Of a DNA stretch of 64,000 nucleotides, positions 26,002-38,989 are shown one piece after another (the first letter of the stretch is position 1; each line of letters opens with the position of its first letter). This DNA is from Calcarisporiella thermophila CBS 279.70 (taxonomy: Eukaryota; Fungi; Calcarisporiellomycota). Both the position numbers and the translations under genes were made by a program. The DNA lies in contig NW_027192211.1 of NCBI RefSeq assembly GCF_041956535.1, positions 371,995 to 435,994 on the forward strand. Reading direction: 5' to 3'. The notes beneath the pieces are model-generated. The model worked only from the letters and a program-made list of their open reading frames with translations. It did no database searches and was not told the origin of the DNA.

Positions 26002-26540
26002 AAATGGTTTAGACTTTGGCTGCATTCCCTTTCGCTCTCAACTGTATTGTCTTAATGATTTATATCCCTTTTAAACATGTACAGTTTACTCCGGATATCT
26101 TAACTTATTGCTTCGTCTTTAGAATTTTTGTTTTTTGGGAGGCGTATTTATATTGAAGGGAAGGAGACTCTGGTTTTAGACAGAGTGATGTAGTATGGCT
26201 TATTGTCTGGGATGGTGCTAGGGGAGGACCTAGAGAAAGCTAAGGTGGATAAAGGGCTCCTCTGGCGCCTTATCCCCTGACTGATCCGAGTTTGGGCATG
26301 GTTGTCGTTAGAGATAATAATAATATTTAGACCCAATGATGTTCATTTGACACTCATATCGCTCAAAGGTCAAAGCATCCAGATGATTTAAAGGGTCGGC
26401 CAAGAAATTATCATAAATAGGAAGTGTATCATTTCAAAGAGAACAAAAAAAAAATCTGAAAAATTGAAATGAGGTGGTTGCGCGGGAAAGGATAAAAGAG
26501 TAGAGTCCATGCAGTAAAATAAACAAACACTATGACAATC

Positions 26541-29280
26541 TTAATCATATCCATCACGATGTCTGACTTTCACATGTTTTTTCCCCTTCTTGTGCGACTT
26601 CTTTCCACTTGCCACTGCCCCTGGCATCGCCGAGGCGGCCCCACGGGAGCCTCGAATCGACCCGTCCTCCGACACCTGACCATGGTGCGGAAGCAAGACG
26701 CGCGAAAACGGCCCCATTCGCGAAAACTTTCCTTTGATCCGGGGCGCTCCCCCAGGACCGGCAAAAAATGCCGAGTCAACCGCATGTGACTTGGTGCCGG
26801 CTCCCGCCCCTTGGAGGCCGGTAGGATGAGCTCCGTTGTCACCAGATTGGCGCGCTAACTGGGCCGCGGCGGCTTTGTTAATCTTGTACCGTTTGATGTC
26901 ACGGTTCTCCTGGTTGAAGTCATCTGCATCGACTCCAGGAGGAGGATGGCAATAGAGCAACTTGCCATTCACGTAGTCCTTTAAAATATAGCGGGCGGCA
27001 CGTGCTTCATCGGGATTACCCTGGACAGCTCTCATGAACCCACGCACCACTACATTTATAAAAGGATCGGAAATGGGGCGCGAGTAAGCAACGGCAAGAC
27101 CAGAGGAACGGATTGCCAAAGAAATAGATCACATTACCTGCATAGGGGGCCAACAATTCCTCTGCGGTCGGAATCCCATCGCCACCCTCCTCGGCGGCCT
27201 TTGTTTTGATTTGAATACCATAGACAGCCTCCAGGATATTCTTTGGTATCCGCCGTGCCACGAGGGCGGCCGGACCAGTGTGTTCGCGCAGCTGGTCGAT
27301 CGGTAGCACACCATTGCACACCATATCGCCATTGGTCGTTGCGAACGTGGGGAAGACTAAACCGGGGCAGTCACACAGGACAAGGGTGGGCGAGAGGTGG
27401 ATGGTCTGGAAATGCTTGGTTTTTCCTGGGGTGGACGAGACGGAGACGCGCTTCTCGCCCAGTAGAGCGTTAATGGTGGAGGATTTGCCTACGTTCGGGT
27501 AGCCCACTAATCCGATGTTGAGTTTGCGCCCCTTTTTCAGATCCTCCTCTATAAAAATAATAAAACACACGTCAGCGTGCCATGTTCATCCTTTATCAAA
27601 AGAAATAAGCTCTATAAATCTGGACTATATATACCGCTAATTTTAGGCGCTTCTCCCACGAGGAGGTCAATCAACTCAGCCGTTGTAATGATACGTGTCC
27701 GCTCATCTCCACCAGCATAGTAGGCTTCCTCCTCTTCATCCTCATCCTCATCCTCATACCGTTCGTGTTCCCTCTCAGGATTCACCTCTGAACTCTCGTG
27801 CTCGTTTTCCTCTGCCTCAGAGAGAGAAACATTATTCAGTCTTTCTGTAGATCGCTCAACTGTGTCATCCTAGAAAAATAGACATAATTCAAGGTCAAAT
27901 AAGCAATGAAAAGAAAAGAAAATCGAGAGAAAAAAAAATTTGGATATCTACCTTAGCACTTTGAGCTTCCTCTACTTTCTCCTCCTCTTCTTCTTCCACT
28001 TCCTTGTCCTCTTCCTCCTCCTCTTCCTCTCCATCTTCATCTTTAGTAGTTGGGGAGGTTTCTTTTAATGCTTGCATTTCCTCTCTAAGTCGCTCTCTCT
28101 CCAATTTTTCAGCCGAAAGCGCAGCCGAAAAGAAGGTGTATCTGATCCCCTGGCGATCAAAGTAATCTGCCCACAAGCGTCTAGATGAAGAGATAAATGA
28201 GTCACATTACGAACTATTCTAATATGAAAAAAAAACTATGCGATATAGATAAGGGCCACTCTAATTACCGCTGCCTTTCGGACAACATGTCTGATTTGTT
28301 CACTAGTAGAAGATTCCGTTTGCGTGGATCCACCTCTTTCACGTAGGTTTCCAAGTCGGTCGACCGGAAGAAGAGTGGATTTCGTGCATCCACGATTTGT
28401 ACTATCAACTCTGACCTCTCGATGACACGCCACAACTGGCGCCAGACTTCAATATTGCGTTCGAAGGGAGTAAGGAGAAGTTCGTGTGATTCCTGGAGCC
28501 TAGAGGGGGAGGGGGAGTCGACCGTCATTTCGTCAGCTACATCTTCGTTGAGATGGATGGGCAAGTCAAGAGAAGTGCACTTACTCGGCCAATCCTCGGC
28601 GCCATTCAAGGAAACTCTCACGCTCAGCGCGCTGTAATTGTTCAGCCGTAGTGGTTTTATCCCAATAAGGTCTGAGAAAAGGATAAAGACAAGCAGAGAG
28701 GTGTTTGAAACCAACTATTTCCTACCGAGCTCGATAATAAGAGGCCTACCTTCTGGGGACCGTCAGTCGCTCTTTAAAGTCTTCGTGCTTCTTCAACGTC
28801 TCCTGCTCCTTCTCCGGTGTTAAAAGGAATGGATTCGAATATGAATTGGTCACCACTTTGATGTTTAATCTTTCTTGAGTTCCAAAAGCAGAGGATGCAA
28901 GGAATATAATCAGTGTTCTTTTCTCGCACACCGATGAAGAGAACAAGGAGGAGGAGAAGGAGGAGTTCACACTTACCAGCTGTGAATTCAGTGCCGGCGA
29001 GTTGTGCGGTATTCAAAAATGCATCGAGATCACGCTCCTGCGTAACCGACTGGAGCTTAGTCCAGCTTGGGCCGTCATCCAACTCGGCGGTATGCTAAGG
29101 AAACCCGGGAGAAGGGAGGTTAGAATGGCCGAAATGCAAGGGAAGATCATGGGGAGCTCATTCTTCGGGAGAGACGATTACCAATTGGGTGTCCCCATCG
29201 CGCGGTCGGGCGCCTTTGAAACGATCCCTAATGATAGCCTTGCCGAGACCCGCATTCTTTTTCGATTTTGGTAACGGCAT
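26541..29280 (-). CDS. LSG1: Large-subunit GTPase 1 (circularly permuted GTPase, 60S maturation)
   Basis: LQSVTQERDLDAFLNTAQLAGTEFTA, LTPFERNIEVWRQLWRVIERS, IVDARNPL, NKSD, GLVGYPNVGKSSTIN, TPGKTKHFQT, DCPGLVFP, KDYVNGKLLYCHPPP. Confidence 0.95.
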
Positions 29281-29453
29281 GGTGAGTGTATGGCCTCGAT
29301 CACAAAGGAGAGATGCTAACTATGACTAAGGCCAACTTTTGCCGCTGTGTTTACTGCCCTCATCTCGGAGGCTGCGCCTCGTGTGACCTAACTTACAAAA
29401 TCCGCACCATGTCGCGTTCACTCCACGCACCAGCGAATTCTAGATCCACCCCA
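29281..29453. promoter_or_regulatory. Compact bidirectional promoter between LSG1 and OST2
   Basis: Head-to-head start codons only about 170 bp apart. Promoter function is inferred. Confidence 0.5.
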
Positions 29454-30008
29454 ATGGCGCCCCCAAACTCGTCCAAGAAGAAATCTTCCACAACTCCTTC
29501 GGCCAAGCTTGTCGCATCCACATCGCTGGGATCCTCCGTCAGCAAGCTCTTCTCCTCCTACTCTCGAGAGACTCCCACCAGTCTCAAGCTAATTGATGTC
29601 TACCTCGTGTTCATCTTACTGACCGGCATCTTCCAATTCGTGTATATGCTTGCCGTGGGCACATTTCCGTACAACTCTTTCTTGGCCGGGTTTATTTCCA
29701 CCGTTGGATCGTTTGTTCTTACTGGTACGTAGTTTATTTTTTCTCTTCATCTCATCGCATTCCAATTAACCCGTCACTCTTGCTTCGTCCTCGACAGCCA
29801 ATCTTCGCATCCAAACAAACCCCAGGAATGCACAAGATTTCAAAAGAATTTCCCCCGAACGGTAAATGACACGGCTACTCTTCTTGCGCTTTGATAGAAT
29901 GGCAGCTGATGCGAACATCATTTTTCTCTTCTGCTTCCTAGTGCTTTTGCGGATTTCGTGTTCGCCAGCGTCATGCTTCACTTCTTCGTAGTGAACTATA
30001 TCGGCTAG
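29454..30008 (+). CDS. OST2: Oligosaccharyltransferase subunit OST2/DAD1
   Basis: TPTSLKLIDVYL...GIFQFVY..VGTFPYNSFLAGFISTVGSFVL..NLRIQ...ISPERAFADFVFASVMLHFFVVNYIG; 3 exons. An in-frame upstream ATG near 29409 is an alternative start. Confidence 0.95.
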
Positions 30009-30358
30009 ATGGAAGGTGGCTTTCTGCTCTGACTCTTTGTAATATAACAAACGAATAAACTCGGCTCTGCGTTTGGGCCATTTCTCCCCCCTTTTTGCGC
30101 CATCTATGATCCTTTAAGGCCGAGCTATTTATTTTGAAATAATAAAGGGGTATATTATCTCCAGCGATAACAACAAACAGAAAGGTTCCAAAAACCAACC
30201 AAGAAAAAAAAAACAGGTATAATAACAAGGTATTTTTCATCGAGGAGATTACAGGTATCGGAAGAGGGGGTAGGGGAGAATAATTAATAAAAATGTAGGG
30301 AAAAGAAAAAAAAATAAACCACTATGGAGGGGAGAGGGGAGAGGGAGATTCGACTGCA

Positions 30359-31549
30359 CTATAAAACAAATAGAGTCGCTACTAGCGCAAAGTATGCCCC
30401 CCACCACTCGATGGAGCGGGTGGCAGAGTTGCTTGGGTACAGGTTGGAGGCGGAAGGATTTGAGGCGAGCAGGGATTTGGAAGCCAGGGCCGATTCGGTG
30501 GCTAGCAACAGAATGGTGGAGGAGGGCCAAGCAGGGGAAGACGATGTGGAAAAGACGGACATCAGAAGGCTTGGCACGACCTGGTCGACTCCAGCCGTGG
30601 GGGTGAGGAAGTTGTTGGAGAGGAGGGACATTGGCAGAACGCCCGTGATGGTGGTGGATGGGAGGATGATTTCGGCGGCGAAAGAGCTGTCCGGGTTGGC
30701 GGCAGCATCCTCGGTCGGCCTGGCCTTTCCTGGCCGCACTCGCGTGCGCGTGCGCGGACCCGGAGCTTGCTCCTCCAGAGGCGCGCCCTCGTCTCCTTTG
30801 ATCTGAACCATGAGCTCGGCCTCCTTTTGACGGAGACGCTGTAGCTTTAGGGCCAGAAGCTTCTCCTTTTCCTGCTCCAACAGGCTTTCGACGTAGCTCG
30901 GCTCCTGATCCGATACGTCCTCCATGTCGTCATCCTGGCTGGTGGGTGGCGGCGTTTTCGCCGAAGCCGGTTTGACGGAAGCTTCCCCGGTGTGCTCCAG
31001 CACCTTATTCTGGGCATAGTTGTTGATCTTTTTCTGTTGCCACGAGAAAGTCGAGGAGGGGGAGAAAATAAACAAAAGAAACCGGGTCAGAAACTGGGCG
31101 AGGTTGCAAAAGAAAGAGCAGCCAGCAAGATCAAGCTCGGCTGGGCGAGCGCTTACCCAAATCCACCCCTCGATCTTATTCTCGATCTTGTCCCAGGAGG
31201 GGACCCATGCTGAGAAAGGCAGCTTGAGCGGCCAGTGCTGGGGCGGAAGGGAGGGGGCCAACTCCGTGTCACGACTCCAATCCGCGGACTGTACCTGAGT
31301 TTTGCTGCGATTTGGCCGGATCAAAAAATGGCCCTTCTTGGGCTTGAAGCCCTCAAGCCCGGGGTCTCGGCTCTTGGCGGTAGCATTGACCGCGCGCAAA
31401 TGAGAGGGGCCTAATATACAGCGCAATAGAACCGATTAGCAGCAGCCATCAGACTGGTATGAAAGCCTTCCATTACCGTGAGTATGGGCCGAGGTGGCAT
31501 TGAGGAGGAGGACGAGACACGCGAGCGGGGTTAGATGAGAAAGTTTCAT
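30359..31549 (-). CDS. Uncharacterised secreted, probably GPI-anchored surface protein
   Basis: Signal peptide MKLSHLTPLACLVLLLNATSA; intron 31476-31411 restores the frame into the 355-aa ORF; probable second intron 31156-31034; Ser/Thr-rich stalk; hydrophobic C-terminus (SNSATRSIEWWGAYFALVATLFVL). Confidence 0.7.
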
Positions 31550-33428
31550 GGTGTGTGACTTTGGGGGGGGGGGGGGAGGGCTAGGAGAGGGGGACGAAGA
31601 GAAGCGGCGGAGAGATGGAGGCGACGAGTAGAGGCCGTGGTGGGAAGAGAAAAGAGACAGCAATTCGGGATGAAACCGTCTCTTGACTTTATAAGTCGGC
31701 TGCCTTTGGATAACCTCCGAGCCCTGCCCCACCAGCGACCAAAGGAAAAAATATCCGGCCTAATCGTCGCCTCCAATCTCGCGCCTGTCTGTTATTTCGG
31801 GGAATTACGCGACCGGAGAGCCGAGCCCGATTCTACGGAAGAGGGCAAGGATTTGCATATCGGCCGAGTCTGAAATCGAATCTATCTAGCCGTTTCCTGG
31901 ACTTGTTAGCCACCAGAGAAACATGAGAGCGTCGGAAATTGGGTTTCACCTCAGTCGCGCGCTTCTTGCCTCCACGAGCTAAATGAACTAAGGCCCTCCC
32001 AATATAGCCTTATGACGGCCCGTACCAGCAGGGGCGGGGAAGTTAGGACGAGGAAAGGAGAGTGGAGAAACCAGCTCAAATCCGGGGCGAGAGGGGGGAG
32101 GGCGAGTTTCCATCATGGAACAGGGGAAACCCGTCGAGCGAGAGCGAGCTCGTGCGAAGAGCACGGTGCAAAGGGCATAGTGCCATCCCGTCCCGCCTTA
32201 TTCCGGCCCATGCCGCCTCTCCCCCACGCGCAGCATATGCCGGCATGGCCCAAGTTGATGCACTCGGCCGGAGGGTTGGCCGTGCACCGCGCTTGGCCGC
32301 CATTGTGGCCGACACAGCAGGGCGGCTTGGATGGCTGGCCGACTGGCCGGTGAGGTTCTTTCAGGAGGGGCAAGCTTCGCGGGGCTCAAAGGCTACGGGA
32401 TAACGCCTATTGGATCCTCGATTGGGATCGCTCTATTTGCGTCGAGGACGCTCCCAAAACGGGGGGAGCAATCATGCATTCTTAGGTAATTTTGATTCAC
32501 TTAGGTTGCGGTTGCTTAATTCTGTTCCTCGGAACAATAAACCAAGGTTAACATTGTTCCTGAAAGAGAAAGGAAGCGGGACAGGCCTCCGCAAAATCGG
32601 CGTAGGAGCATGCCTTTGTTTTGTGTTTGTGTTTTAATTTGCTTCGTAGAGCCTCGAGTGTGGTGATAGCCTTGACACGGGGGATGGGCTCGCCGGGGAT
32701 TTTTTATTCCTGGGCCATGGCGAGCGGGCCGGGCCCCACGCCCTAGTAGCCTCGCTGCCTGCGCCTGCTGCAGGGGCGGAGGAGAGGCGGGCGGGCTTGA
32801 GCCCCTATAGAGGAAGGAAAAATGAAAACAACATAAAAGCAAAGAAACTGCAGGCGCGGTTTGAACGAGGCTCGAGCCGGCTTCCGAGAGTCAAGGCCTA
32901 AACAGCGGTCGACTCTAGACCAGTTAAGACAAGAAACACTGCAAGTTTGACATTGGGGTTGGAACCGCTGGGAGGAGGGATGGGAGAGAGGAGTCGGAGG
33001 AGAAACCAAACTGAAAAGGCGATGTTACAAGAGACGGGGTTAAATTCATCCGCGCCGCTCATTGGGGAGGATTCCGCGCTCCATCTGTTTTTATTTTCAT
33101 TTCGCCTGCCCTATGGGGAAGCATTAATTCCTTCTTTATCGAGCCAGATCTCATCGTGCCTGATGTATAAGTGTGCATGATCGGCCCAACTAGTTTCGAA
33201 AGGTGTTTTCGTGATCCTATAATTTACATTATCCACCGCGGTGGTGTCTTTTTTTTTTCCGCATATATATATATACGTCTCGCTTGGCCTTCCTGTGTCT
33301 TCTTCCCTCTCCGGGCCCTCCCTGTTGCCCTCTGCTCAGCCTCTACCTGTTTCCTTCTCCCTACTTGGTTCTCTTTCTCCAGAAGCCTGCCTCGATTCCA
33401 CCAAGTATACTTTTCCTCTCTCTTTCTC

Positions 33429-33480
33429 TCTTCTTCTTCTTCTTCTTCTTCTTCTTCTTCTTCTTCTTCTTCCTCCTCCT
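33429..33480. repeat. (TTC)n/(TCC)n microsatellite
   Basis: About 14 TTC units grading into TCC, in a pyrimidine-rich leader upstream of the APSES gene. Confidence 0.9.
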
Positions 33481-33723
33481 CTGCCTCTGCTGCTCCCTTC
33501 CTCCAGCACCTAAGCATATCGATCGCCTCGCGTGCGCTTCGCTTCAAACTCTTTTGCCACCAACCTTTTTGCGGCCAAGGTTTTTCTTTCCTGAGCTTGC
33601 TTGAGAAAAAAATCGAAGACAAAGAACCCAGCTGATAACAGACACTGCCTCTCTCTCTGGGTGGAACTCTTGCTCTAGTTTCGCCTCCTCGCTCACTTGT
33701 CTTCGCTTTGTCTCGCTCCCCCC

Positions 33724-33756
33724 CGCTTCGCCTCGCCTCGCCTCGCCTCGCCTCGC
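33724..33756. repeat. (CGCCT)n pentanucleotide repeat
   Basis: cgcttcgcctcgcctcgcctcgcctcgcctcgc is seen directly. Confidence 0.85.
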
Positions 33757-34191
33757 GGAACGCTTACATAACCTCCCTCGCGGAATACGACGCCAGTTGC
33801 CACGCAATAAAGGTATTGGTATCGTTTACGTAACTCCCCTCTCCCCTCCCCCAACTCTTTCCTGCTTACTCCCGGCTCCGCCAAAGTCCTGTATCACCCT
33901 CGGCCTTTGGCCTCGATACCCCCCCCTCCCCTATATATTCGTATTCCTTTACAGTCTTGCCCTCCCCTCAGTACTCTCCCTAGACTGACTAGAGCCCTCC
34001 CTTACCATCTCTATGTACTATACCCTTCACTCCTAGTGCATCCCTGTCACTGTCTAGAACCGGCTTCATTTTCCCAACACTTCATTCTCCCTTTCCCCAT
34101 TCTCCTTATCACTTCCCTCCCCACCCACCCCCCTCCCCCCAAGAAAAACACCCTTGATCTGAATCTCTCGATTCCCATCGTTTGGCGTTCC

Positions 34192-35921
34192 ATGTACTCA
34201 ACTCTTCATTTATTCCAGATGCAGCGGGCTATTGACGCGCAAGATTCACCTCGATACCATCCGCACCCCCTACCTGAGAATATACCACCCCACCTCGCTG
34301 GTTTGCAGGTAAAACGCTACAAATACACAACCAGTCTGGATCCCCGCGGCTATATTCCAGGTGAGTGAGCTCGCTTTCTCTTGCTTCGCCGCCATTCCGC
34401 GAGGGCTAACCGCTGCCTGCGTTGGATTACCTAAAGTCTATGAGTACAATTTGACCGGCCCGGCTTCCTCCACGCCTGTTCTGTGGGACCGTGAACTCGG
34501 CGAGGTCCATTTCACAGGCATTTGGAAGGTTTGTGGCCCTATCAGATGACATTTGGGTTTACCCCCCCTCCTCCTTCCCAAAGCTTAGACACTCACCCAA
34601 GCCTCATTCCATCTAACCAGGCCCTCGGCAACGCTAAAACCGATATCGTGAGGATGATCGAGGCAAACCCCGACTTGATTGTGAAAAAGATAAGAGGTAT
34701 GGAAAACCCCTAGCCGTCCCGCCTAGGTTCGAGTCTACTCACCCCCCTTCCTATTGGCTCTCCATTTGTTCTCTCCACCTCTAGGAGGATTCCTGAAAAT
34801 CCAAGGAACTTGGTACGTGTCCCTTCCCTCCTCTCTGGCTCCCCCTCGATGTGGCTGATCGAAGCTGGGCCCATGCCCTTTTTTTTCTCACTAGGATCCA
34901 GTATGATTGGGCACGTCTTCTAGCCATACGCACGTGCTATCCCATCCGATACGAGCTTATCCCGCTTTTCGGTCCCCAGTTTCCCGAGGAGTGCCTTCCT
35001 CCGTCCCACCCGGATTTCGGAAACCTCATCCTAACAGGGACTCTCCCTCACCCAGGGCGGCGCCGGCGTTCAAGTCCTCAGGTCATGCGTGCACGACCTA
35101 CCATCACGCGACTCACAACGTCGGAGCAAGCCGACGACTGGGTCAAGTCTCCCTCCATGCGGCTGTCTTCTCCTTTTCCAGCCTCGCGCCATCATCCGTA
35201 CACCTCCTCCCCTCATTCTCGTCTCCCTCCGAAACCTCAACCCCTCCACGACTCTTATTTCCCATCTCCTCAGAAATTCCTCGGCGACGACCTTTCCAGG
35301 CTTACCGCATCCTCTGCTCTTCCGCGTAGATCCTCATTTCCCCTCCCGCCCAAAAAGCAAAAGTCACCGCGTGGGATGGAGTTCCTCCTTAACAAGGAGG
35401 ACGATGACGAAGACGTGGAAATGGACTTGGAAAATGGTGTTGAAGGAGGTGTTGGAGCCACGGCTTTGCTGCGAACTCGCTCGAGCTCAACTTGCGTGCT
35501 CGCCTCCTCCTCCTCCTCCTCCTCTTCTCCCTCGCCCCCCGTCGTCTCCGTTTCTACCAAAGCACGTCCCTCCATGTTGACCCCCGCCATCTCTCCGACC
35601 CCCTCCAGCGACTCATCCGCATCATCGCCCAATCTCGACTCTGCCGCCGCCTCCATTTATCTATCGCCGTCTTATTTTGTGGACGAGAAGTGCTCGTCGT
35701 CGTCATTGCCCTCACCTCGGCCGTCCGTCTCCTTCGTCCCGAAGCGCAATTCTCTGCCCACCCTGCTTTCCAACGACGCGGTGGAAACCATGACCTGCTC
35801 GCTGCTACTGCAGCAATTGTCTCGAGATGATGGGCGACGCCCCTTCTCTCAACTGCAAAAATCATTGCCGGAGACCATCACTTTCGGAGGTCGAGATTAT
35901 CAAGTCATTTGGCGTGAATGA
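34192..35921 (+). CDS. APSES/KilA-N transcription factor, Xbp1-like
   Basis: Spliced domain KYTTSLDPRGYIPVYEY...VLWDRELGEVHFTGIWKALGNAKTDIV...KKIRGGFLKIQGTWIQYDWARLLA..TCYPIRYELIPLFGPQFPEEC, followed by a Ser/Pro-rich tail. Confidence 0.85.
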
Positions 35922-36422
35922 ATGATGGTATATGTTCTCAGCTAGCTTTATTTCTTCCAAATTGTACTTCATAATGTTTCTTAATTTTTTTCTGCTCGTG
36001 TGTGAATCTTTGTCTTTCTCCTCCCCCCCCTCACTTATACATTTCACATTGTTTGCCTCCTTCTCCCCTCTTTCACTCTTACACCCTTTTTTTCATTTGC
36101 TATTTTTTTTTCCCTGAGAAAATTGTCTCTGGTTGTGTATTTTTTTTGGAAAACTCCAGTGCTTTTCTTTTTTCAAGTTGTATATACTGTAGAGGGTGAC
36201 GGATATATAGTATTTTTACATAATGATTTTTTTTTCTAGTATATTTTTTTTATCCAATATGAATATTTATATAACCATCATCCATTTCCTCCAACCGCGA
36301 CAAAATTATTATTGGATTACAAAAGGGGTGTGTATTTACATGATATTAGAGAGAGAAAATGACACTCCATATCAAAATAAAATAAAGGGACGTGAAATAA
36401 CGGGCGTAGAATTCACCCCTAG

Positions 36423-36915
36423 TTATTTAATTGGGCTACCGCACATGGAACAATAGTTACCACTCCCCACGTTCCCGCATCGCTGGCATGCATTCCCATG
36501 TGGTTGCGGAGGCACTTGCGAGTAATGATGGGTCGTGGACGTCACGAATTGCACACCGCAACGATGGCAGCGCAGTATAGTTCGCGCGCTCCCCACCGGG
36601 AATAGCGGAATGAAAAAGAAATCAAACCACGGGCGTGTGCGAGTCTCATAAACCTCATTGGCGCCGCATGCGTGGCAAAGGGAGGGATTGTTGTTCAAGC
36701 GACGGTGGCGATTAGAAACGCCAGCTGTAAATGTGGATTTAGATCATTAGCGGTGGGATAGTGGAGAGTATTTGACGGGAATGTGGAAATAGGGAGATTC
36801 AACCTACCTATGCATGGAACTAGGAATAAGTGAAAAGAGAGAAGACATGGGTTAATGATCGAGTTTCTAACAAGCGTCGTATGTCTAATGTTATATACTT
36901 ACTAAACAAGAACAT
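36423..36915 (-). CDS. Small zinc-ribbon protein (zinc_ribbon_15-like), 3 exons
   Basis: Exons 36915-36903, 36819-36808 and 36724-36423 give MFLFIPCIAGVSNR...CHACG...WFDFFFIPLFP...CHRCG...CQRCG...CSMCG (four CxxC pairs). Confidence 0.8.
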
Positions 36916-37270
36916 GATTACCTGGAGCCGGTCTAAAGTATGCCCTAGGGAACGATTTTTATAGGGTGGCGTCGGCCAAGAAGAGAAGCATACAAATTTC
37001 TAGAAGAAACTAATAGGAGAGGTATTAAATCGATCTTGTCTGTTGGCAACTTCGAACTCCGATAACATATCAATTCAACGTTGAATATATTAATGAACGA
37101 AAAGAAAAGGATGTAGGGTATACAAGTGAGATTTTGAAATGACCACTTTTTGCTCGCCAAGTTTTCTACTTTCGCCTCCTCTCTTTTTTCAAGGGACGCC
37201 TGAGTTTTGATCCCACCTTTCCTATGAGGAACGAGTGCTTTCGGTCGATCCTAGTGTGCCCGTTATTGAC

Positions 37271-38530
37271 TTACAAATCAGCTATGTTTACAATGGCTTT
37301 GCCAAAACTCTTGCCATCAAACAAATCCCGCAGTGCCTGGGGAGCATTTTCTATCCCTTTGACCTCGTGGAATCGATACCGAACCTTACCCTCTCGAAGC
37401 CATCGGCTTATATTCTTTGTGAATTCGGCCTCATACCGAGGAACCAGGTCCTCGAACAGGTAGCCCTCTACGTGCAAACGCTGCCTTATAATTTTCATCC
37501 AATTCTTAATTCCATAGTGTTCATCGGTGTTATACTGGGAAATCATGCCACAGGCCACCACTCTGCCAAAATTGTTCATGTGGCAAAGCGTAGAGTCCAA
37601 GGTACTTCCACCCACATTGTCAAAGTCTTGGAGGGGAGAGAGGGAGAGAGAGAGAGAAAAAATCCAGTTAATTTAGACTGGAAGAAACATGGAAACCTCC
37701 ATGGAGGCTGCGAATATCTCATCAACTTACAAATATCGATGCCTTCTGGGCAGAATTCCGAAAGAGCAGTGTTGTGGTCCACCTTTTTGTAATTAAACGC
37801 TACGTCGAAACCAAGCTCATTGACGAGAAACTCCACCTTGGTATCGTCCCCAGCAGATCCGACTACACGGAGTCCTTTTACCTTAGCGATTTGCCCGACC
37901 AACTGTCCGACCGCCCCCGCCGCAGACGAAACATAACATGTCTCGCCCGCTTTGGGCCGCCCAATGTGGATCAGGCCTATATACGCACTCATTCCGGGCA
38001 TACCTAGGACTCCTGTGAAATAACCCAAGGGAAACTCGGACACTAGCTTGGGGTGGATAACCTGGAATCTTAGCGACTCAACGTAAGCTTGTTTGATGAC
38101 ACAGTATTCCTCCCATTGAATAAAGCCACGGACAATGTCGCCCACTCGAAAATCCGGGTGGTTGGACTTCACTGTCATCGAGACTCCAAAGTTCTGGAGA
38201 GGCTTCCCTTTTTCAAACGTGCCGCTCCACTCGTCACTCTTGCGCATCCGTATGCAGACATAGGGGTCCACACTGAGGCACAAATTCTATGGATAAACAT
38301 AGCCCGGTGCCTATCAGATTAGCACTTTCCATTTTCTGGGCCATGAGCCAGTAGGTAGCCTCTGAAATGGTAGGCGTTCTCCTCCTTCCCCTTACCTTGA
38401 TGACAAAATCCCCTTCCTCAAGCTGAAGCTGATCCAAGTCTAGTTCGTGTTTTTCCACCGCAAATTGCTTTTCTACCTCCGGTATACCAGAGGAGAACTC
38501 TTTGAAAACGACCACAGTATTTTGCACCAT
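37271..38530 (-). CDS. NADP-dependent 2-alkenal / prostaglandin reductase-like oxidoreductase (MDR family)
   Basis: LSVDPY, GVLGMPGMSAYIGL, VSSAAGAVGQLVGQIAK..G.RVVGSAG, FNYK, PEGIDI..DNVGG, GRVVACGMISQYN, GIENAPQAL..LFDGKSFGK. Confidence 0.92.
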
Positions 38531-38989
38531 ATGAGAGCTGCCGAAATAATGTGTATTCTCTAGAAGGTGAAGCAAATTCACTTGGTGTCTGGTGCATTAT
38601 TTATACGTGGATTTCGGCACTGCCAACTTTATTTGATCAAATCATTCAGAGGCTCTCGGTCTGAGAGGAAATTCTCTTAGGGCCACGCCATCGGACCAAG
38701 AAATTCTTGTGGATTTCAATAGACTCTTGGCAGTTGAAATAATAATAACAAGCACTTTTGTCAAGGCACACAGAGAAATCGAAAATACGAGCCTGCAATA
38801 AACAAGACGGTGGCAATATCAAAGTGGGATGCCATTTTAGTTAGATTAGAGATATCTTTGTTTCGAAAACTGAAGCCCTCGAGGACACCCTTGCAATACG
38901 AGTCTGGGTAGACATTTTTGTGGCAGCGATAGGTTAGTATTCATCCCAGAGGGGTCACATCACCTCTTGGACATTTTAGGCACGCTTTG

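Noticed and set aside
33171-33635. Poly-Ser, poly-Glu, poly-Leu and poly-Phe ORFs
   Set aside because: They are translations of the TTC microsatellite in different frames.
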